Source of the DNA: Eledone cirrhosa | Lineage: Eukaryota | Assembly (NCBI GenBank): GCA_964016885.1 | Contig: OZ024758.1 | Coordinates: 5,208,001 to 5,272,000, forward strand | DNA length: 64,000 nucleotides | Direction: 5' to 3' | Part shown: one piece after another, positions 1 to 13,629 of the stretch | Position numbering within the stretch: the stretch's first letter is position 1 | Layout: each line of letters starts with the position of its first letter | Notes under the pieces: generated by a model | Databases searched by the model: none | Told to the model about the DNA's origin: nothing | The model's input: the letters and a program-made list of their open reading frames with translations, nothing else | Position numbers and translations under genes: made by a program

Positions 1-106
1 AGACATCATTTTCTTGCCTGTTGTAAAGCGAATATATCACTTGTTCTACATATAATTCATTTGTGATGAATTTTCATGTTTTGGGGGTAACCACACACAT
101 TTTGAT

Positions 107-323
107 AATGGTTTCAGGTTAAGGCACAAGGCCAACAATTTTGGGGGAGGGGAAAGTCGATTAAATCGACTCCAGTGCGTTACTGGTACTTTATTTTATC
201 GACCCCGTAAGAATGAAAGGCAAATCTAACCTCCGCGGGATTTGAACTCAGAACGTAAAGGGTCTTAACTCTATGGCGCAAGCATGTTGTCCGACGCTCT
301 ACTGGTGCTGTCAATCTCCCACC
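107..323 (-). mobile_element. tRNA-derived SINE family A (Nin/Deu-like core), long form
   Basis: The family consensus has A box TGGCAGTATCGG, B box GAGTTCAAATCC, core CTTTGCCTTTCATCCTTACGGGGTCGATAAAATAAAGTACCAG and tail GCTGGCCTTGTGCC..AGAAAC. Confidence 0.85.
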
Positions 324-359
324 CTTGATAATAACCATATTTCGATGTGTTTACAAATA

Positions 360-460
360 CATGGTGTCCCGAAAAAATATATACATACTTTCATTACCTG
401 TACAGGAAATATTTATTAGAATGATGTTGAAGTGTGTGTACATTTTTGAGGGACACCCTG
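360..460. mobile_element. Tc1/mariner-type MITE
   Basis: TA|CATGGTGTCCC...GGGACACCCTG|TA terminal inverted repeats. Same family at 44942-45022. Confidence 0.75.
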
Positions 461-1417
461 TATTTTCCTTGTCGATAGTCGAGTTGTTTCCCTTATCATT
501 ATCCCAAACGTGAATCTCTAAGTAATTGAACATTTCTTATATTTGTAAAAGATTTTACACAGGATCTGAAGTTTCCCACAAATATTTCTGAGAATGCTTT
601 GATGCTAAATCAATAAAGATTGTCATCGGAGGGAAAATGGTATGTATGGTCGTTGTAACTCCCAAGGAAGTCGTATGGGCGCTGCATTGATATACAGAGT
701 TTCTTGGGAAATTTGGATACAGCAGATTTATTTCTTCTAGAGAAAATTTGAGAGTGAGAGAATGGTGGTGAGAAAGAGATATAAAGAAAGAATCGGCTCC
801 CAGTATTAGACTGGTATTTTTTTTATCGATATCAAATAGATTAAATGCAATGTTGAACTTGGCGGGATTTGAACTCAGAGAAGAGAGAGCCGGACCGAAC
901 ACCACAAAGCATTATGACCGACTTTCTAACGCCCACTTATAAATATACAAAACTATCAGAATGTTTCAAACGAGGAATATTGGTAGAATATTTGCATCAA
1001 ATTTACCCTAAATACAAATACAACATAATTTTTTTCTGGCTTTTTATCATAAATAACTAAATAAGTTATGTACATTTACCCAGCAGGAAGTAAAGGTTTC
1101 ATTAAAAATCGGGGAAAGAAAAAATACTTCTGAACAGCTAGATAGAAGCCTACAAATTGACTTCCAAGATTATACATTTGTTGTTTATATATAATCATAG
1201 CATTCTTGTTTATGCTGCTAGTTTCAATTTCCAGCAGAACCCATCTAACACGGATTTTGAAAATTCAATCTTGTAAGAAAGACTTTACAAATATAGAAAA
1301 CACGTAAATATGTTGTTCTCTTCTAAATTCCCACGAAAGAGTTTTCTTGCTGTGGTTTATAAGCTACACCTTTATTTAAAAGAATTCAGAGAATTAAAAG
1401 AAAAAAAACATACTTAC

Positions 1418-1491
1418 TTGATACTGCTTTATGGACGATATTAGGGGCTGATAAAGCTCTGATATGGAATCTGAATTGTGTACTAGATTGC
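1418..1491 (-). other. Candidate 74-nt exon of an unidentified minus-strand transcript
   Basis: TTTACAG acceptor, and GTAAGT donor followed by a T-rich tract. Two frames are open (NLVHNSDSISELYQPLISSIKQYQ or QSSTQFRFHIRALSAPNIVHKAVS). Confidence 0.3.
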
Positions 1492-2772
1492 CTGTAAATA
1501 TATTTGCTTTCAGAAAAATATTGTTTAATCCTTTCGAAAGTATATCCCATTAGGGATATATAATTAAAAATAGAATAAAATTTAATCGATCTACAAAACA
1601 AACTTTACATTCTTCGATCATTAGAGTCTTCACTGACTTCACATTTGATAATATGATATCGATCTTTTCACATTTAAAGTAATGTAAATCTTTATTAATG
1701 CGTGAAAGATTTCATAGCTCTAGCATCAACCTTCATAGTCAGCCTATGAACTTTTCAAATGTCCCTCGTACGTTCGTATTTAAAGCGCTGTATTTGGGCA
1801 AAACACTTTTCTCTAGTTTGTTCATGTTTAACTAATAAGAAAACAGATTAATATTCCTCGTGTTAGTCCTAAAAAATCGGCTGCTCTTTCTAGATCACAA
1901 ATAAATTCAATTGAAACGAGTCTAAAGTGATTCATATTTCATCCTGATTTCCAACTCAGAAATATTTAAACATTTTAAAATGTCATTGTAAACTACATGG
2001 ATATACATATATTATAAATGGAATAGATTATGACAAAATAAATATACATACATGTGTATTCATCGCATAAGTGTAATAAAAACACTCCATGTTTGTGTTA
2101 TTAAATAATCCGCTGTTACCAAATGAAAATACGATACTCTTAAAAAAAAAAGATATGGGGGAAAAGTCCTTGATTTTATTCCTTGAAATCTCTTTTTGTT
2201 TGCAGTCGTAATGGCTCCCAGACCTTTGCATAAAATACATTTATTTGTTTCAATTTGAAAGGTCAAATTGAAAAATTATATAAATATTTTACATAGCGTT
2301 CTAGCTGATACAACAAAAATTACGTTCTCCATTTTGAAACGCTATTTGTTTGATTTTTTTTGTAATTTTTCTTCTCTTGACATAGAATGAAATACGTGCG
2401 GGCTGCAAGCTGTTACTGTATTAATATTAATTAGCAGTAAAATTTTACAAAAACCTGGTATTAAATTAATGTTTTATGCCTCTTCAGAAAGTAAACTTAA
2501 CTCTGAAATGTATTTTTTTAGTTAATATCCAATAATTCTACAACATAATCAGCATTAATATTTTATTCTTGTATTTATTTGATATTTTAATTCGTTATAT
2601 TTCATAATAATCTCTTCTCTCTTTATATATCAAGATGTAAATGGACATCAAAAAAGTGGGAATGCGATTTTTAATCTAGCTTCTTTTCTCTCTGATACTT
2701 GATAATCTTTGATAAAGTTATATCTGTATAAATACAGAGTGTGTTGTAACTGAGAGTGGTACAGTATGTATG

Positions 2773-2803
<31 letters not shown>

Positions 2804-3065
2804 GAGGAAAAGAAATTGAAAATGCAACGGGAGTCTTTTAAGAATATTTACATATTTACTTTACAGTTCTAATATTATATACATATAAAAAAAAGAGCAA
2901 ACAACTGTTGCCTGGATTGCTTCCGTTAACCTTTGACTTTCATTTGTTTTCAATTCGATATAATTATAAATATCAATGATAGATAGGTTCATATTTTTGC
3001 CAGGAGTTATATATGAGAAATCAGAAACTTTGGTCTAAAGATCGAAAATTAATATAATTATAGAG

Positions 3066-3248
3066 TTTCTACTTTTGGCACAAGGCCAGCAATTACCCCA
3101 GTGCATCACTGGTACTTTATTTTGTCGACTTCGTAAGGATGAAAGGCAAAGTTAACCTCGGCGGATTTCAACTCAGAACGCAAAGGGCCATAACTATGCT
3201 GCAAAGCATGGTGTCTGATGCTCTACTGATACTGCCAAACCACCGCCT
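3066..3248 (-). mobile_element. SINE A, short form, with 21-bp TSD
   Basis: AAAATTAATATAATTATAGAG occurs at 3045-3065 and 3251-3271. Confidence 0.9.
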
Positions 3249-3477
3249 ATAAAATTAATATAATTATAGAGGGTTCAATACATTAAAGATTCATCTATAA
3301 TTTAATCCAAATTATGTCTTCACCTTTACACACTGTTCCCATTGTAAACTAAAGCTTGGTATATCTGAACTTCTAGCCGTATGGCTTCCTCTCAATTTTA
3401 GTAATGTTTGGCTCTGTGCCATAGATCGCCCATACAATACGCATTACTGTTTCTCAACAGTTGTAATTATGATTTAT

Positions 3478-3663
3478 ACTATAGGCACAAGGCCAGCAAT
3501 TATGTCAGTGTATTACTGGTACTTTATTTTATCGACCCCGTAAGGATGAAAGGCAAAGTTAACCTCGGCGGGATTTGAACTCAGACCATACATAAAGGGC
3601 TGTAACTCTATGCTACAAAGCATGGCGTCCGACCCTCTACCGATACTGCCAATCCACCGCCCA
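3478..3663 (-). mobile_element. SINE A
   Basis: Matches the family consensus. Confidence 0.85.
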
Positions 3664-4119
3664 ACAGTCGTAATTATAGCAACAACAACAGCAACAATTT
3701 TCCAAATTTGCTTAGCCACAGATAGTGGAATTACATCTAATCTTCCACATAATTTCTTATTTCTTCATTCTTTCTGATACGACATGGTTCTCCAATAATA
3801 AAACAAAAAGTTCTGAGAAAATGTCGAAATGTTGACTATCAGCCGATCCAATCTAACCAATATTTCAATATCTATTGAAATCTAAAAAAAAAAAAAGTTA
3901 ATAATCCAAATTTAGTGTTTCTTAATAACGAATCTTTGAGACTGAAAATAATGACTGGCCGTATCATGTTTCGTTTAATGGCTGACTTAGATTATAATAC
4001 GATCATTATAATAAATATGTCAACAAATTTATGTTGAAACATATTATATATATCATATCATATCATTAGGAAAGATAGAAAGTAGTCTTAACTTATTTAT
4101 TTAGAGGTTACATACATAC

Positions 4120-5592
4120 TTATAAGTAATATATATATATAAGTATATTTATATATATATAAGTATTTTTATATATATATATAAGTATTTTTATATATAT
4201 AAAAGTATATATATATACTTTTATATATATATAAGTATATATATATATAAGTATATATATAAGTATATATATATATATATAAGTATATATATATATAAGT
4301 ATATATATAAGTATATATATATATAAGTATATATTAAGTATATATTAAGTATATATATATATATAAGTATATATATATAAGTATATATATATATATATAA
4401 GTATATATATATATATATAAGTATATATATATATATATAAGTATATATATATATATATAAGTATATATATATATATATAAGTATATATATATATATATAA
4501 GTATATATATATATATATAAGTATATATATATATATATAAGTATATATATATATATATAAGTATATATATATATATATAAGTATATATATATATATATAA
4601 GTATATATATATATATATAAGTATATATATATATATAAGTATATATATATATATATATAAGTATATATATATATATAAGTATATATATATATATATATAA
4701 GTATATATATATATATATATATAAGTATATATATATATATATATATATATAAGTATATAAGTATATATATATATAAGTATATATATATAAGTATATATAT
4801 ATATATATAAGTATATATATATATATATAAGTATATATATATATATATAAGTATATATATATATATATAAGTATATATATATATATATAAGTATATATAT
4901 ATATATATAAGTATATATATATATATATAAGTATATATATATATATATAAGTATATATATATATATATAAGTATATATATATATATATAAGTATATATAT
5001 ATATATATAAGTATATATATATATATATAAGTATATATATATATATATAAGTATATATATATATATATAAGTATATATATATATATATAAGTATATATAT
5101 ATATATATATATAAGTATATATATATATATATAAGTATATATATATATATATATATAAGTATATATATATATATATATATAAGTATATATATATATATAT
5201 AAGTATATATATATATATATAAGTATATATATATATATATAAGTATATATATATATATATAAGTATATATATATATATATAAGTATATATATATATATAT
5301 AAGTATATATATATATATATAAGTATATATATATATATATAAGTATATATATATATATATAAGTATATATATATATATAAGTATGTATATATATATATAT
5401 AAGTATGTATATATATATATATAAGTATGTATATATATATATATAAGTATGTATATATATATATATAAGTATGTATATATATATATATAAGTATGTATAT
5501 ATATATAAGTATGTATATATATATAAGTATGTATATATATATAAGTATGTATATAAGTATGTGTATATATATATATATAAGTATATATATAT
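4120..5592. repeat. (TA)n-derived ~20-bp array (AAG(TA)n)
   Basis: Read directly. Confidence 0.95.
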
Positions 5593-6384
5593 AAAAACAA
5601 ATAACGAAACGAAATTAAATTTTGTTTCGTTTGTAACTCACTTTTGTATGACTGTACATTTTGAACTTAATTATATATATATATATATGTATAAGTATAA
5701 GTGTATATATATATATAAGTATATATATATATATTTTTTTTTATAATGTACGATATTTAATGATCTGTAGAGCGTCGAACAAAATGCATTGTGGTGTTTG
5801 TTTCCCTCCCTTAACATTCTGAATTCACTTTGCTATTCATCTATCAAAGATTTATAAAACATTTCAAATATTATTCTATATTTAATTAAATAACTTGTTT
5901 CATATATATTTCTGGTTTTCGCCAATATTAACAAACATTTGCTGTATGATGGAATGGGTGGAGTGTCCGACAATACAATTTACAATACCACACTAATGTA
6001 ATGTCGAATAATATTAAATTGTGTAAATAAATTTTCTAGAATACTTTAATTTTAGCCACTGAACACCAAAAAGATATCTAACATAAAATTATTTTATATT
6101 AGATAGAACAATACAGTTAATTTTCCGTGTGAAATAATTGTTTAATAAAATTAGAAATATATTCTGTCTTGCTTTCGTTACTATATTAGAAATTTAAACA
6201 TTGCACACGACATTAAATTTTAAATGTAAACAAAATAAGAAATTATTTCAAGGCGACTATCAGATACGAGCAATTTATATTTTATATTTTTTCTAGATAA
6301 ATATATATTTATATTTCATAAATTTAACGGTATTAATTTCAAAACAACTTTTGTCAGTCACCACACATTATATTTTTATAATGA

Positions 6385-6522
6385 CGCATAGAGTTACGGC
6401 CCTTGCCATTCTGAGTTCAAATCCCGCCGAGGTTAACTTTGCCTTTCATCCTTACGGGGTCGATAAAATAAAGTACCAGTAATGTACTGAGTAACTGCTG
6501 GCCTTGTACCAAAAGTAGAAAC
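6385..6522 (+). mobile_element. SINE A, 5'-truncated
   Basis: Core and tail are present, flanked by the direct repeat TATTTTTATAATGA. Confidence 0.85.
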
Positions 6523-6910
6523 AAATGTATTTTTATAATGAGTCTTAATTGATTGTTAAAATTACTAAGATGCTAAGATAAATAAACATTCATGCAGGTT
6601 ATGAAGATTTCATTCAATAGAGAGGTCAGTTGTGGTTGTTGTTTGTTGTTTTTCACTTTGAGTTAGTAATGAAAGTAAAAAATCAAATGACAGCATCAAA
6701 ATAACAAGATCAAAATAACAAGAGTCTGTCGATAGTAATGAAGGAAAAATAACTTCAAAGACAGAAGATGAAAGCATTTTGTGAGCGACAAATATGAATG
6801 GTGGTTATTCATAGAATTGAAACTTATTTCAAGTGAGGACATTAATATAATACACCTAATTTCATAATGGAGAACATTTCTGAATTACACAGAGAGACAG
6901 ATATAGACGC

Positions 6911-6962
<52 letters not shown>

Positions 6963-7019
6963 GTATATATATATATTGTTATTTATAAAGTATTTCGGTT
7001 CTGTATTTACATTGAGCTA

Positions 7020-7203
7020 GGGCGGTGAATTGGCAGTATCGGTAGAGGGTCGGACATGCTTTCCAGCATAGTTACGTCCCTTTACGATCTGAGTTCAAAT
7101 CCTGCCGAGGTTAACTTTGCCTTTCATCCTTACGGGGTCGATAAAACAAAGTACCAGTAATGTACTGAGTAATTGCTGGCCTTGTGCCTAAAATAGAAAC
7201 CAT
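7020..7203 (+). mobile_element. SINE A
   Basis: Matches the family consensus. Confidence 0.85.
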
Positions 7204-8298
7204 TATTTACCTCCTTCTCACCTGTGCCATTCTATAGAACGGGAAGTACAAACAAATATTCCCAACTATATTTATTTATGAATTCTAACACACCATACAA
7301 AAAGAAAACAGATAAATATAAAATCAAACGTTGATGGACGCCGATAATTTCAATATTCTTAAATTCAATGATAAACATTTATATTTTATTTTATTATATT
7401 TTATTTTAGTTTAGTTTAGTTTATCTCATCTTATCTTATTTTATTTTATTTTATTTTATTTTATTTTTTTTTTTGTATTTTTTTTTTGTATTTTTTTTTT
7501 GTATTTTTTTTTTGTATTTTTTTTTTGTATTTTATTTTTGTATTTTCTTTTTGTATTTTCTTTTTTGTTATCTTTATCTTACTTTTTATTTTATCTTTAT
7601 TTTATCTTTATCTTTATTTTATTTTATTTTATTTTTATTTTATTTTTTTATTGGTTTCTTCAAGACGTATTTGTTCAGTTGTAAAATACAAATACCTACT
7701 GAAATATTGCTATATCCAAATATGTGTGTATGTATGTGTGTGCATGTGTATATGTGTGCATGTGTGTGTGTGTGCTTGAGTGTGTCTGCAAGTGTGTATG
7801 TGTGCATGTATCCATGTGTGCGTATGGGTGTGTGTTTACAGGCGTGTGTGTGTGTGTCTGTATGTGTATAAATATGTGTGTCAACATGTATATATGCCTC
7901 TGTGTGTATATATGTGTGTGTGCATGTGTATGTATACCTCGGTGTGTGTATGTATGTGTGTTATCCTCGGTGTGTGTGTATGTGGAGGGTGCATGTGTGT
8001 GCGTCTCTGTGTGGTGTCCATACCTCTCTGTGTGCGTGTAAGTGTGGCTATGTGTCTCTATGTGTGTGTGTGTCTATAAAGATATATTAATTCACACAAA
8101 AAACTATCCAACAACAATCTTTATTTAAACATAGCTTAAGATGAGTTTTCTTTATTCAGTGAATATAAAAAGATATAAACCTCTAACATATATAAACAAC
8201 GTTTGACTTAAGAAGTATTGGCAAAATGTGAAGTGTGTGCCTCCTAAAGCAAATGGAGATTGAAAGTATTTATTCATTGTATTTTATGACTACATGTA

Positions 8299-8490
8299 GG
8301 GCGGTGGGTTGGCAGCACAGAGTTACGGCCCTTTATGATCTGAGTTCAAATCCCGCCAAGGTTGACTTTGCCTTCATCCTTAAGGGGTCGATAAAATGAA
8401 GTACCAGTCACGCACTGGGGTCGATTTAATCGACTTACCCTCCCCCAAAATTGGCCTTATATGGCCTTGTGCCTATATAAGAAACCATTT
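8299..8490 (+). mobile_element. SINE A, long form with head deletion
   Basis: Matches the family consensus. Confidence 0.8.
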
Positions 8491-8674
8491 TATGTCTACA
8501 TGTGCCAACATTGCGGTCTGGTGTTAAAACATTCGTTCCCTAACCACGTCCTTGCCGATGTAATCTCACTGTGAGAGGAATCTGCATATACCTCTCTCTC
8601 TTTCTCTCTCTCTCTATCTATCGCTCTGTCTCTATCTTTCGCTCTCTCTCTATCTTTCGCTCTCTCTCTATCTT

Positions 8675-8715
<41 letters not shown>

Positions 8716-8811
8716 ACAGGAGACACGAGGACCTCATGTTCTTGCCTGTTGAAAGGCGAATATATTACTTGTTCTAAATATAATTTAGATGTTTTGGTAG
8801 TTGATAATACA

Positions 8812-9080
8812 GGTTTCTGGTTTAGGTATAAGGCCAGAAAATGTTGAGGAGGAGAAAGTCGATTAAATCGACCAAGTGCATTACTGGTACTTTATATTTT
8901 ATCAAGCCCGTAAGGATAAAAGGCAAAGTTAACCTCGGCGGGATTTGATCATAAAGGGGCGTAACTCTATGCTCGAAAGCATAGTGTCCGATGCTCTACC
9001 GATACTACCAATCCATCGCCCTGATAATAATTGTTTCTACTGTTGGCACAAGGCCAGCAATTACCCAGTGTATTACTGGT
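8812..9080 (-). mobile_element. SINE A plus adjacent 3' fragment
   Basis: Full copy at ~8812-9022 and tail fragment at ~9030-9080. Confidence 0.8.
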
Positions 9081-9994
9081 AAATAATAATAATAATAGCT
9101 GGTCATTATAAATTATTAATAGTCGAGAAAATCTGGTAAAGGACCACCGAGGATAGAAAAAAGTTGAGAGAGGCACCTGAGAGGAAGCGAACCTTATATC
9201 TCTTGAATGCCGTGGAGTACGTTAACCCTGCGTTAAAGATCTGTATAACAATAATTCCATTTATTTAGAATATTTCAAACTTGTAGCTATAAGTGTAAAG
9301 AACGGTTGACGTAAGAAGCGTGTGGAAATTCTGAAATATGTGCTTTGGGACTCACAAATTTCATATTTTGTGACCGGTGGTCTTCCTTCACGCCAATACG
9401 CACTGTATCAATAAATTAGGTATTCTAGTGTGATAGTGTCTTCTTCTAAGAGGAATCCTCCGGCTGCCATATTAAGTCGGTTATATCATTTGGTTACTTT
9501 ACTATAGAATGATATATTTTTCTCAGTCTTTCAGAATCTGTTGTGCAAGAAAACGGAGAGATAAAAATCATTGATGCAAAGTTTCTGTATTTAGATAAGT
9601 TTCTTTTCCATTCAACCATAAAATATAAACATTTCGTTTGAGTAAATTTCATCTTTATGTCAACTGAAAATGGTGCTATTAAACGCAGCTGTTTCTTATC
9701 TTTGAAAGTATTTCAATCCTAGATGTTTAGATCCTCCCCGAAGAAATTATGGATCAAGTTGCTATCGTTTGTTGTTCTGGGGGTTTATCTCGTAAAATAA
9801 AAGTGACAGTGGCTCCAATTGCAAAATAAATGGGAGCAGAGAAAAGAGTTATAACATCAGGGGAAATGTTAGGTTCTTCATAAAAAGTTATGGATATGTA
9901 ATTGGAGCAGTAAATAAAAGGTAGTCCTAGTAAAATATAATCCCATTTATAGGAAACAGCTTGTAGGTTCATTCTCTCTTATATACACATATAT

Positions 9995-10200
9995 ATACAC
10001 CAGGTCCGAACACCAAAGGACCAAACTCCACTGTCGCTGGTCCGTCTCTCCTGCTCTCCCCACCTCTAATATATACACCAGGTCCGAACACAAAAGGACC
10101 AAACTCCCACTTCCACTTCTTCCGTCTCTCTCGCTCTCCCATCTCTCACTATTGTGAAGAAATGGGAATCCACGCGCTGGCTGCCACGCGACCCCAGGGA
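9995..10200 (-). mobile_element. Extreme 3' end of the same CRE-like family, terminus duplicated
   Basis: 10087-10195 aligns by eye to the reverse complement of ~23610-23722. The ATATACACCAGGTCCGAACAC.. segment occurs twice. Confidence 0.6.
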
Positions 10201-10922
10201 AAAGTGTGGTTATTGTAGTACACATTTTGTGAGCCTTTCTATTCCAGCGACTAAAGCAGCAGGTAACTTTTCCAAATGCAGTTTGAGTGGAAAATAGAAC
10301 GAAACTCTTTTTTGTAATCAGTCCATATTTTCTTAGGTTTTCTGTGGTGTTTTCTTACTTCAGACTGCACAATATTAATTATGAAATGTTCAATACATCC
10401 TCACATTCACCTCCCATCTACAGCTGTTCATCAGCCACTCTATACTTGGCGAAAATGGTTGGGATAACGTGTGTAAAGTTTCTAAATATTGTTCTGAGAA
10501 TCAATGGGCTTATAACTTTATGCCAAGTCATTGTTTTCATTCTTGGCTTCAATCCATATGGTTGAAATTTCAATAAACCTGTAATAATATAACTTCTACA
10601 AAGCAACCTATCTTAGGTTTATCTCTGCCATTCCCATTTTTTCAAATATTAGTTAGATTAGGTATCTACTAAGATCCGTTCTTCTATATTATCTAACCAG
10701 TGTTCGTTATAAAATTCAAAAATGTCGTATTTTTGTTTTATATCAAATTCTATGCTTCATTTTATATTGTCGGCAGAGGATTTTCAGCTGGAAACCGAAT
10801 AAATACTTTCTGAAGCTGCAGACGCCATAAATATGTATGCTTTCCGTATTGACTACACAATATTGTTGTTATGTTTATGTTTACATGTTTATGTTCAGAA
10901 CACACGCGCATATAGATGGATA

Positions 10923-10957
<35 letters not shown>

Positions 10958-10975
10958 GCACACACGATTCTCAGT

Positions 10976-11014
10976 CCGAGCTAAAGATCAGCAAGGTGAA
11001 ACAATTGTTCTCGG
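10976..11014 (+). ncRNA. Degenerate minimal type I hammerhead (CTAAAGA for CTGAAGA)
   Basis: CCGAG-CTAAAGA-TCA gcaa GGT-GAA-ACAATTGT-T-CTCGG. Stem I CCGAG/CTCGG is perfect and stem III is palindromic. It lies between (CA)n and (TA)n. Confidence 0.55.
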
Positions 11015-11069
11015 TATGGTGAACTAACTGTTGTGTTCCTACTTATATATATATATATATATATACATG

Positions 11070-11560
11070 CATGATGGCTGAAACTCGATTTCGAGTAATG
11101 CCATCGTTTGATATTTAAGCATGAGCATCACGGGCGTGCGTTTTTAGTCCTGCTAGGGACTTGCCTATGGCCAGCAATACCCCGCATCGTATCAAGCAAT
11201 GCCTATGCTTGGAGCTCTTTTAAGTGACGAAAGACTTTGCACGGAGCCAATCCCCCTCTGAATATCGAATGCATTTACCCAAAAAAGAAGAACTGGTCTA
11301 TATCATTCGACGCAAACGAACTCGCAGGTTTTATATCTGAGTGACCTTCTTCTAGAGAGACGTCTTAATGAAGACTAGGAGTCTCTCGCCTCCCCGCAAA
11401 AAAAAAAAAAAAGATTTATTGGCTGGCCGTGGACTCTCCTGAGTTCCTCGTCCCTTTGACGGATTTTGTTTTTCCTACCACAGGATGCCCAAAATCACAC
11501 TCCTCACCAAGCAAGCTTCGTGGGGTTGCCAGTTTAATCGCCGACGACCTGACCATACAT
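11070..11560 (-). mobile_element. GC-richer repeat remnant, possibly an RTE 5' UTR
   Basis: Composition differs sharply from the flanks, and motifs loosely resemble RTE 5' regions from memory. No ORF. Confidence 0.3.
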
Positions 11561-12221
11561 ACAACCTCAATATGTTGTTGATGTCGTTTCAAAACTTGTT
11601 AGACCTATGTCTTGTAGATATGTAGTCGTGTGCATACGTGTCTGTAGCAGTCGATATAGTGTGGATATGTAGATATGTGTGATATTCTGAATGTATATGC
11701 ATGTGAGGCTGTTTGTATGTTGAATATAACTGTATAAGCAAACTGCTTATTTATAGTGCTTGATAAGCCCGTGTGTATACATATGTGTGTGAGAGAGAGA
11801 GGGGGAGAGAGATAATTTACGTGTGCTATATGTGTGTGTGCTATATGTGAGTATGTCTGTGTCTACGAACGTGGTCATAACCATCTGTATGTGTATGTGG
11901 TGTGGATGTGTACATTTACGTCTATCATTGATAAAAATCAAATACGTTTGAAAGCTACGCAATAAAATTAGTTCCGATAAATGTGAATTTGGAAAGAATT
12001 GTCGATCTTACAAATAATTTAAAACCTTAACCTGACTAGACATTCAACGACATAGTGTAATCCACAATCATCAATCATTTTAGAAAAAAAATAAATATTT
12101 GAAACGCAACTGAATTTCTTTTAAAAAGAATTGTCTTAATGAGTTTCTGTATTTTAATTTGGTTGTCGCAGAAATGAATTACAAAAAATGTCTGTTTATC
12201 TCTTTATACTTTCTCATCTCT

Positions 12222-12550
12222 AGGCTGCGAATTGGCAGAGTCGTTAGAACATAAGATAGAATGCTTTATGGTATTTATTCCGGCTCTCTGTTCTCCGAGT
12301 TCAAATCCCGTCGAGGCCAACTTTGTCTTTCATCCTTTCAAGGTTGATAAAAAAAATACCTGTCTACTACTGGGGTCGACTCTTTCTCTATATCTCTTTC
12401 TCATTTCCTCTCTCTCACTTTCTATCTTTCTCTTGAAGAAATCTACTGTACTCAGGCCCGGGGGGGGGGGGGCTACGCCAGGCTTAAAATGCCCAAGAAA
12501 CGCCGAATGTCAAAATGGCGCCCATACGTCTCTCTCAGGAGTTATGGGAC
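12222..12550 (+). mobile_element. Composite SINE family B (tRNA head, Nin-like core, CT linker, ~120-bp tail)
   Basis: The same arrangement occurs on the minus strand at ~640-932 and ~59980-60315. Head only at ~25310-25450; tail only (GAAGAAATCTGCTGTA..AATGCCCAAGAAACGCC..GGAGTTAC) at ~16645-16795 and ~38030-38185. Confidence 0.65.
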
Positions 12551-12769
12551 TATACATACATATATATACTGTATCATCTACACATTTGCTTGATGACTCT
12601 TTGTTTCCTTCTCCATATATAGATATATATATAGAGAGAGAGATAGATGATTATAGTGAAGTATTCCACTAATATGTTTGTGAAGGTAAGAGACACTAAA
12701 ACCTCAGCTCATGAGGTTTTTCCAATTCCACCCTGCCTATCCTTTCAATCTATCTTATTTCTCATTCTT

Positions 12770-12805
12770 TCTTCTGATGAAGGACTAGCGTCCGAAACGT
12801 TAAGA
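12770..12805 (+). ncRNA. Minimal type I hammerhead ribozyme (PLE-type), apparently intact
   Basis: TCTT-CTGATGA-A-GGAC(TAGC)GTCC-GAA-ACGT-T-AAGA. Stem I is TCTT/AAGA, stem II is GGAC/GTCC, and stem III is the loopless palindrome ACGT. It lies in an island (~12650-12890) between GA and CA/TA microsatellites. Confidence 0.8.
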
Positions 12806-13629
12806 CCGTCTTCCTGCTATTGCAAGCGTTAGCCTAATATATTCCTTCTATATACTGTACGCTTGTGTTGTTATTTCTGTTTACCTTTTACACACACACT
12901 CACACACACACATATTATATATATATTAATATATAATATATATATTAATTGTTTCTACTTTAGGCACATATATAATATATATACACACACAGACATGTGA
13001 TAACAGTCACGTGCATTACTTTGTTTCAAACACTCATGTGTTTAGCACTGAATTTAAAACAACTGCAATAATTTCATGATATCTATCAATTTAAACTGAC
13101 CCATAGGTTGAAACCAGATCTCTTAATATTGGAAATATCTTATGAAGAATTAATAGCCTGAAGATACGTTTAAAATCGGAATTATTTTCCATAAGTATTT
13201 GTAAGGGATTTGTGGATAATTCTCACAACCTAGGACTAAGTTTGTATTCGATTAAACGAAGCTATGAACTTATCGTTACTACAGTTTTGTATCATGAAAA
13301 TGAATATCTTAATGGGGATTGAAATATAAATTAAAAATAAGATTACAAGAAGAAAAAGAAAATTTGAAATATATACTTTTCAATACATTTTAAAAGATTA
13401 ACATTTAGATAGAAATATATACTTATTATTTTCTTTGAAAACAATATTCTAAGCACACCACATGTGTCAAATTACCTATGGTAACACCAAGATCTTTCCG
13501 TTGAATTCCTGTAACAAGTTAAACCTTGACATTATTTTCACAGCCAAGTGAGCTTTGTAATCTTTCTTAACACGCGCGTTAGCGTGATGTTAAGTTAAAC
13601 CAGGAAAATATAATACTTGTGCCTTAACA

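Noticed and set aside
3720-3881. Minus-strand acceptor (T-run + AG) with a 41-codon open frame
   Set aside because: No donor or recognisable protein; the poly-T may be a chance acceptor.
4221-5600. Long Y/I/T/H/M/C/V-rich ORFs here and at 18.8-20.6, 30.5-32.3, 42.1-43.6, 45.8-47.1, 53.4-54.2 and 62.7-63.3 kb
   Set aside because: They are translations of (TA)/(CA)/(TATG) microsatellites that lack stops in several frames.
7020-7110. tRNA gene (A and B boxes)
   Set aside because: The boxes belong to the multicopy SINE head, and no cloverleaf is evident.
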